DNA of 20,000 nucleotides from an uncultured virus (IMG/VR IMGVR_UViG_3300008117_000258) (Duplodnaviria; Heunggongvirae; Uroviricota; Caudoviricetes): the IMG/VR virus record IMGVR_UViG_3300008117_000258; one strand, written 5' to 3'. Positions 17,361-20,000 of the stretch are shown piece after piece (position 1 is the stretch's first letter; every line of letters begins with the position of its first letter). Made by a program: the position numbers and the translations under genes. The notes beneath the pieces are model-generated. The model saw nothing but the letters and a program-made list of their open reading frames with translations, was not told where the DNA came from and searched no databases.

Positions 17361-17531
17361 TTACTTAGATGTTTTTACCATTGCAAAGCGGTGTGCGCCG
17401 TTTGCTAACTGTAATGAAACTCTAGTTAGTTTAGCGTTGATAGGAGTAAAGTTGCTAATGCGACCTGTAATTCCTGTCTTGCTTGTTGTGAATAGATCAC
17501 CGATTTGGTAAGTGTATCCGCCTAGTGTCAT
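17361..17531 (-). CDS. Small basic SH3/KOW-like beta-barrel protein, 56 aa; paralog of 18180..18341
   Basis: MTLGGYTYQIGDLFTTSKTGITGRISNFTPINAKLTRVSLQLANGAHRFAMVKTSK; GAAAGG RBS. Confidence 0.7.
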   Translation of the reverse strand: MTLGGYTYQIGDLFTTSKTGITGRISNFTPINAKLTRVSLQLANGAHRFAMVKTSK

Positions 17532-17569
17532 TTTGGGTCTTGCCTTTCTGTTGTGGTGGTTAAAGTTGG

Positions 17570-17599
17570 TGAGCAGTTTTAGTTGTCATGCTCAGGACA
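17570..17599 (-). ncRNA. H-type pseudoknot motif copy
   Basis: TGTC-CTGAGCAT-GACA-ACTA-AAACTGCTCA. Confidence 0.7.
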
Positions 17600-17614
17600 T
17601 TTCCCCGTTGGGAA

Positions 17615-18040
17615 TTATAGGTATCGTGCTACCGCATTGTATGTTGAGGTATTAACTGTTTCCTCATCTGTCATCTTGAGGATACGAATTGCATTTTGGA
17701 TTTCTTCCTTCTGCTCACGATATGTGTGCTGATGGATAACCTCAAAATCCTTAGTTGGCTCTGTTGGCAAATCCTTTTGGGATACTGTCAAATCAAAGTC
17801 AATGTTTAGATTGTTATTCCAAGAACGGAAGTTGGTTCTAAAGTTTTCTGCCTTAGAGATATTCTTGACGGCATAAGCAATAAGTTCCTTCTTATACTTA
17901 TCCCACTCTTTCTGATACTTTGCTTCATTTGCTTCTTGTGAGGCGTAGTCTGCCTCTAGTTTAGCAAGTGCGCCTTCTAGTGCCTTGATTACTTTAGGTG
18001 TAGCGATTTTAACGCTAATTGCTTTTCCTCTTGTTGCCAT
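17615..18040 (-). CDS. Hypothetical phage protein
   Basis: ORF track; promoter at 18074-18095. Confidence 0.8.
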   Translation of the reverse strand: MATRGKAISVKIATPKVIKALEGALAKLEADYASQEANEAKYQKEWDKYKKELIAYAVKNISKAENFRTNFRSWNNNLNIDFDLTVSQKDLPTEPTKDFEVIHQHTYREQKEEIQNAIRILKMTDEETVNTSTYNAVARYL

Positions 18041-18073
18041 TTTTTGCTCTCTTTTCTTTGGTGGTTGATATTT

Positions 18074-18095
18074 ATTATAGGGGGTGGAACTGACA
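18074..18095 (-). promoter_or_regulatory. TGTCAG-type promoter
   Basis: TGTCAG-N10-TATAAT. Confidence 0.75.
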
Positions 18096-18110
18096 TTTCC
18101 CCCGAAGGGG

Positions 18111-18169
18111 GGAGAGTTCTTACTTACGACATTGGGCTAGAACACTCTCCTAAACTGCCCCTGTTTCGC
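18111..18169 (-). ncRNA. Candidate structured RNA (extended pseudoknot)
   Basis: GGAGAG..TTCT/AGAACTCTCC stem; loop GCCC and TCGT pair with upstream GGGC and GCGA. Confidence 0.5.
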
Positions 18170-18179
18170 TATGAAAGGC

Positions 18180-18341
18180 TTATGCCTTCCAAGTAGTCCA
18201 GCGTGGTGAGCCATTTACATCTAACTTGACACGAACTGTGTTCTTGTTAGTTGGCACGATTTCTACGATAGTGCCTGTAATCTTAGACTTCTGTGAAGTA
18301 TAAGTGTCGCCTACCTTGTATGTTGCTACGCCTACTGTCAT
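18180..18341 (-). CDS. Small basic SH3/KOW-like beta-barrel protein, 53 aa
   Basis: MTVGVATYKVGDTYTSQKSKITGTIVEIVPTNKNTVRVKLDVNGSPRWTTWKA; AAGGAG RBS. Confidence 0.75.
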   Translation of the reverse strand: MTVGVATYKVGDTYTSQKSKITGTIVEIVPTNKNTVRVKLDVNGSPRWTTWKA

Positions 18342-18371
18342 TTGTTTCTCCTTTGTTTGGTTGATATATTA

Positions 18372-18400
18372 AGTCTAGCATTTTCTACTGACATTTACAA
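18372..18400 (-). promoter_or_regulatory. TGTCAG-type promoter
   Basis: TTGTAA-A-TGTCAG-N10-TAGACT. Confidence 0.8.
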
Positions 18401-18441
18401 CATTTTTCCCTAAAAATCTCATATATTGAGATATATTGGGG

Positions 18442-18457
18442 TGTGATTTACATCACC
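18442..18457. promoter_or_regulatory. CRP/GlxR-like site
   Basis: TGTGA-TTTACA-TCACC. Confidence 0.6.
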
Positions 18458-18526
18458 TTCCGCCTGCCACCATTAGAATTGCCCCTACTATGGCTAAAAT
18501 GATTATTAGATTATTCATTTATCCCC

Positions 18527-19249
18527 TCACTTTTTGGTTGCGCTAAACACTATATCAGATTTCTCATAAATACACAACTTGCAGGTGGCGCATGCTGAGC
18601 CTTTTTGAGAGATAAGGGGAATAGCCTTTTTATTTTCAGGGCACTTAGCACCAGGCTTACCTGTTAGTGCCTTCATGTCTGCTTGCCCTATTAAGAAATT
18701 TTTGGCAAGGTATGCAAGGGATACGCCATGATTATTCTTGAGATCAATTCCCGTATCCTTATTCTCACTGTCTGTAGAATAGTATAAAGATAGATTAGGA
18801 ATGTCTTTAAGAATGAGCGCTGCAGATTTAACTCTTGTGTATACCCAGAATTGAATATCAGGATATTTATCCATAACTACTTTCCACGCATATGCGTAGG
18901 TATCGTTAAAGAAATCTCCGTCCCAGTGGATACGGAATAACTTTTGTGCATTGCGCTTATCACAATCTGCATTAAACTCATGAATCATTTCATTAAGTAG
19001 ACGGACCATTGTTTCTCCGTCTGCGTCTTTAAGTAGTTCCCAGTTATGAAGTAGGTTAACCTTTACTGTTGGGAATACCTTTTCCAACTTGCCTGCGTAG
19101 CAAATAGTTTCGCAGATAGACGTAGCACCAGGACATGAAAAGTTTTTTCCTGCGGGTAATCCGAATGTGTTTGCAATACTTGCTTGTTTTCCGTTAGGGG
19201 TGACGGCATTGGCTACTTTCCTATCTTTGCTTCTAAGTAATTTGGACAT
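18527..19249 (-). CDS. gp88-family protein (radical-SAM-like, Cys-rich)
   Basis: F.LPA..SCPGAT..C...CYA, FRIHWDGDF, FWVYTR and CP...C..C..C motifs. Confidence 0.8.
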   Translation of the reverse strand: MSKLLRSKDRKVANAVTPNGKQASIANTFGLPAGKNFSCPGATSICETICYAGKLEKVFPTVKVNLLHNWELLKDADGETMVRLLNEMIHEFNADCDKRNAQKLFRIHWDGDFFNDTYAYAWKVVMDKYPDIQFWVYTRVKSAALILKDIPNLSLYYSTDSENKDTGIDLKNNHGVSLAYLAKNFLIGQADMKALTGKPGAKCPENKKAIPLISQKGSACATCKLCIYEKSDIVFSATKK

Positions 19250-19255
19250 GGTGGA

Positions 19256-19402
19256 TTACTCACTTTCTTTTTCTCTTTCTAATCTTAACATTAGGGACTG
19301 ACATTTCTTGCGGTTGTATTTCTTTTTATTTGGGATCGCTGAGGCAGCATTAGAACGGCGAAGTTCCATAAGTCTACGTAATTCCTCAGATGTTTTTTTC
19401 AT
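19256..19402 (-). CDS. Small basic protein, 48 aa
   Basis: MKKTSEELRRLMELRRSNAASAIPNKKKYNRK...; preceded by TTGTAT-17-TAGTAT-N5-ATG. Confidence 0.65.
   Translation of the reverse strand: MKKTSEELRRLMELRRSNAASAIPNKKKYNRKKCQSLMLRLEREKESE
19282..19303 (-). promoter_or_regulatory. TGTCAG-type promoter
   Basis: TGTCAG-N10-TAAGAT upstream of the gp88-like gene. Confidence 0.7.
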
Positions 19403-19580
19403 ACTTAATACTATCAGATTTAGGGGAAAAATACAAGTCTACGTAAAACGGACATTGCGGACAAAAGGGGCGGGTCGAAATTTTTATTCGTCTAAATCTA
19501 CATACACATATAAATCAACATATGCATCGTGTGCAAGTATTAGCGTATCACGTTCACCATATGTATCAGTAGCAGTCATT

Positions 19581-19919
19581 TTAGTACCCCTCATCATATT
19601 CTAGTGAGAGTGGGAAGTCATCAGACCCATCTTGCCAGTCATCTACTGGGTCAATGAAAGTATGAAGGTGGTGCTGGTCTACAATAGCGTGTGCAGGTGC
19701 TTGCGTTGAGCCACGATATAGAATCTGAAAGTCACCAACCTTTGGCATATCAATCATGCGGTCATAGTCCTCATCATAGTATGCGTCAATAGCCTCAATA
19801 CATGGTGCTACCATTTCTGCGGGTACTGGAGGATAGTGATTACCCTTCAAGTGATATAGAATCTGAGTCTCCAAGTCCAAGACTGTATCTTTAATTCCTA
19901 GTGCGGTTACTGAACCCAT
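19581..19919 (-). CDS. Hypothetical phage protein
   Basis: HL.GNHYPPVP...AI...HHL..F. Confidence 0.75.
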   Translation of the reverse strand: MGSVTALGIKDTVLDLETQILYHLKGNHYPPVPAEMVAPCIEAIDAYYDEDYDRMIDMPKVGDFQILYRGSTQAPAHAIVDQHHLHTFIDPVDDWQDGSDDFPLSLEYDEGY

Positions 19920-20000
19920 TATGCTCTTACCTGTACCTTTCCATCACGATAAAAAACTTTTGTGTAGCATTTGCCAGTTGGCGTATAAAGATTAACTGTA
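19919..20000 (-). CDS. 3' end of a hypothetical protein (partial)
   Basis: ...TVNLYTPTGKCYTKVFYRDGKVQVRA*, TAATG-coupled to the next gene. Confidence 0.55.
   Translation of the reverse strand, partial: TVNLYTPTGKCYTKVFYRDGKVQVRA

Noticed and set aside
17221..17511. 96-aa plus-strand ORF, and similar shadow ORFs at 2687, 8407, 10608, 12208, 13604, 13839, 15068, 15869 and 19308
   Set aside because: Antisense to better-supported genes or RNA motifs, with no RBS or promoter support
15052..17599. preQ1-I or SAM-II riboswitch identity for the pseudoknots
   Set aside because: Similar topology, but I could not match the ligand-binding consensus, and the copies lie 3' of genes without expression platforms
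1..20000. Stop-codon reassignment
   Set aside because: Genes are intact in code 11, all three stops end genes cleanly, and no suppressor tRNA is present in the window

Overview
The window comes from a large tailed-phage genome. The host is probably an actinobacterium, inferred from many leaderless TANNNT-N6-ATG starts, MSMEG_6728-like and gp88-like genes, and CRP/GlxR-type sites. 1-3.96 kb (+): DUF6065-like gene end, XapX protein, holin-like protein, three glycosyltransferases, a methyltransferase and a head-associated protein. 3.97-11.2 kb (mostly -): five tRNAs, a carbamoyltransferase, a glycosyltransferase, a DenV-like glycosylase, PnuC-like and GIY-YIG-like genes, and small ORFs. 11.2-11.84 kb: non-coding, repeat-rich block with three near-perfect sigma70 promoters and three 30-bp iteron-like repeats. 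11.84-20 kb (-): less AT-rich modular region of small genes (DUF4241, DUF932, gp88, tRNA-Asp) driven by a repeated TGTCRG-N10-TANNNT promoter, with CRP-like boxes at fixed spacing. The most notable signal is a set of compact H-type RNA pseudoknots in 3' intergenic regions. One family (stem-CTGAGCAY-stem-AAACTGCTC) occurs five times with covariation in both helices, and five pseudoknots of four types lie back to back at 16264-16429. All structures were folded by eye and all protein calls rest on motif recognition, not searches.
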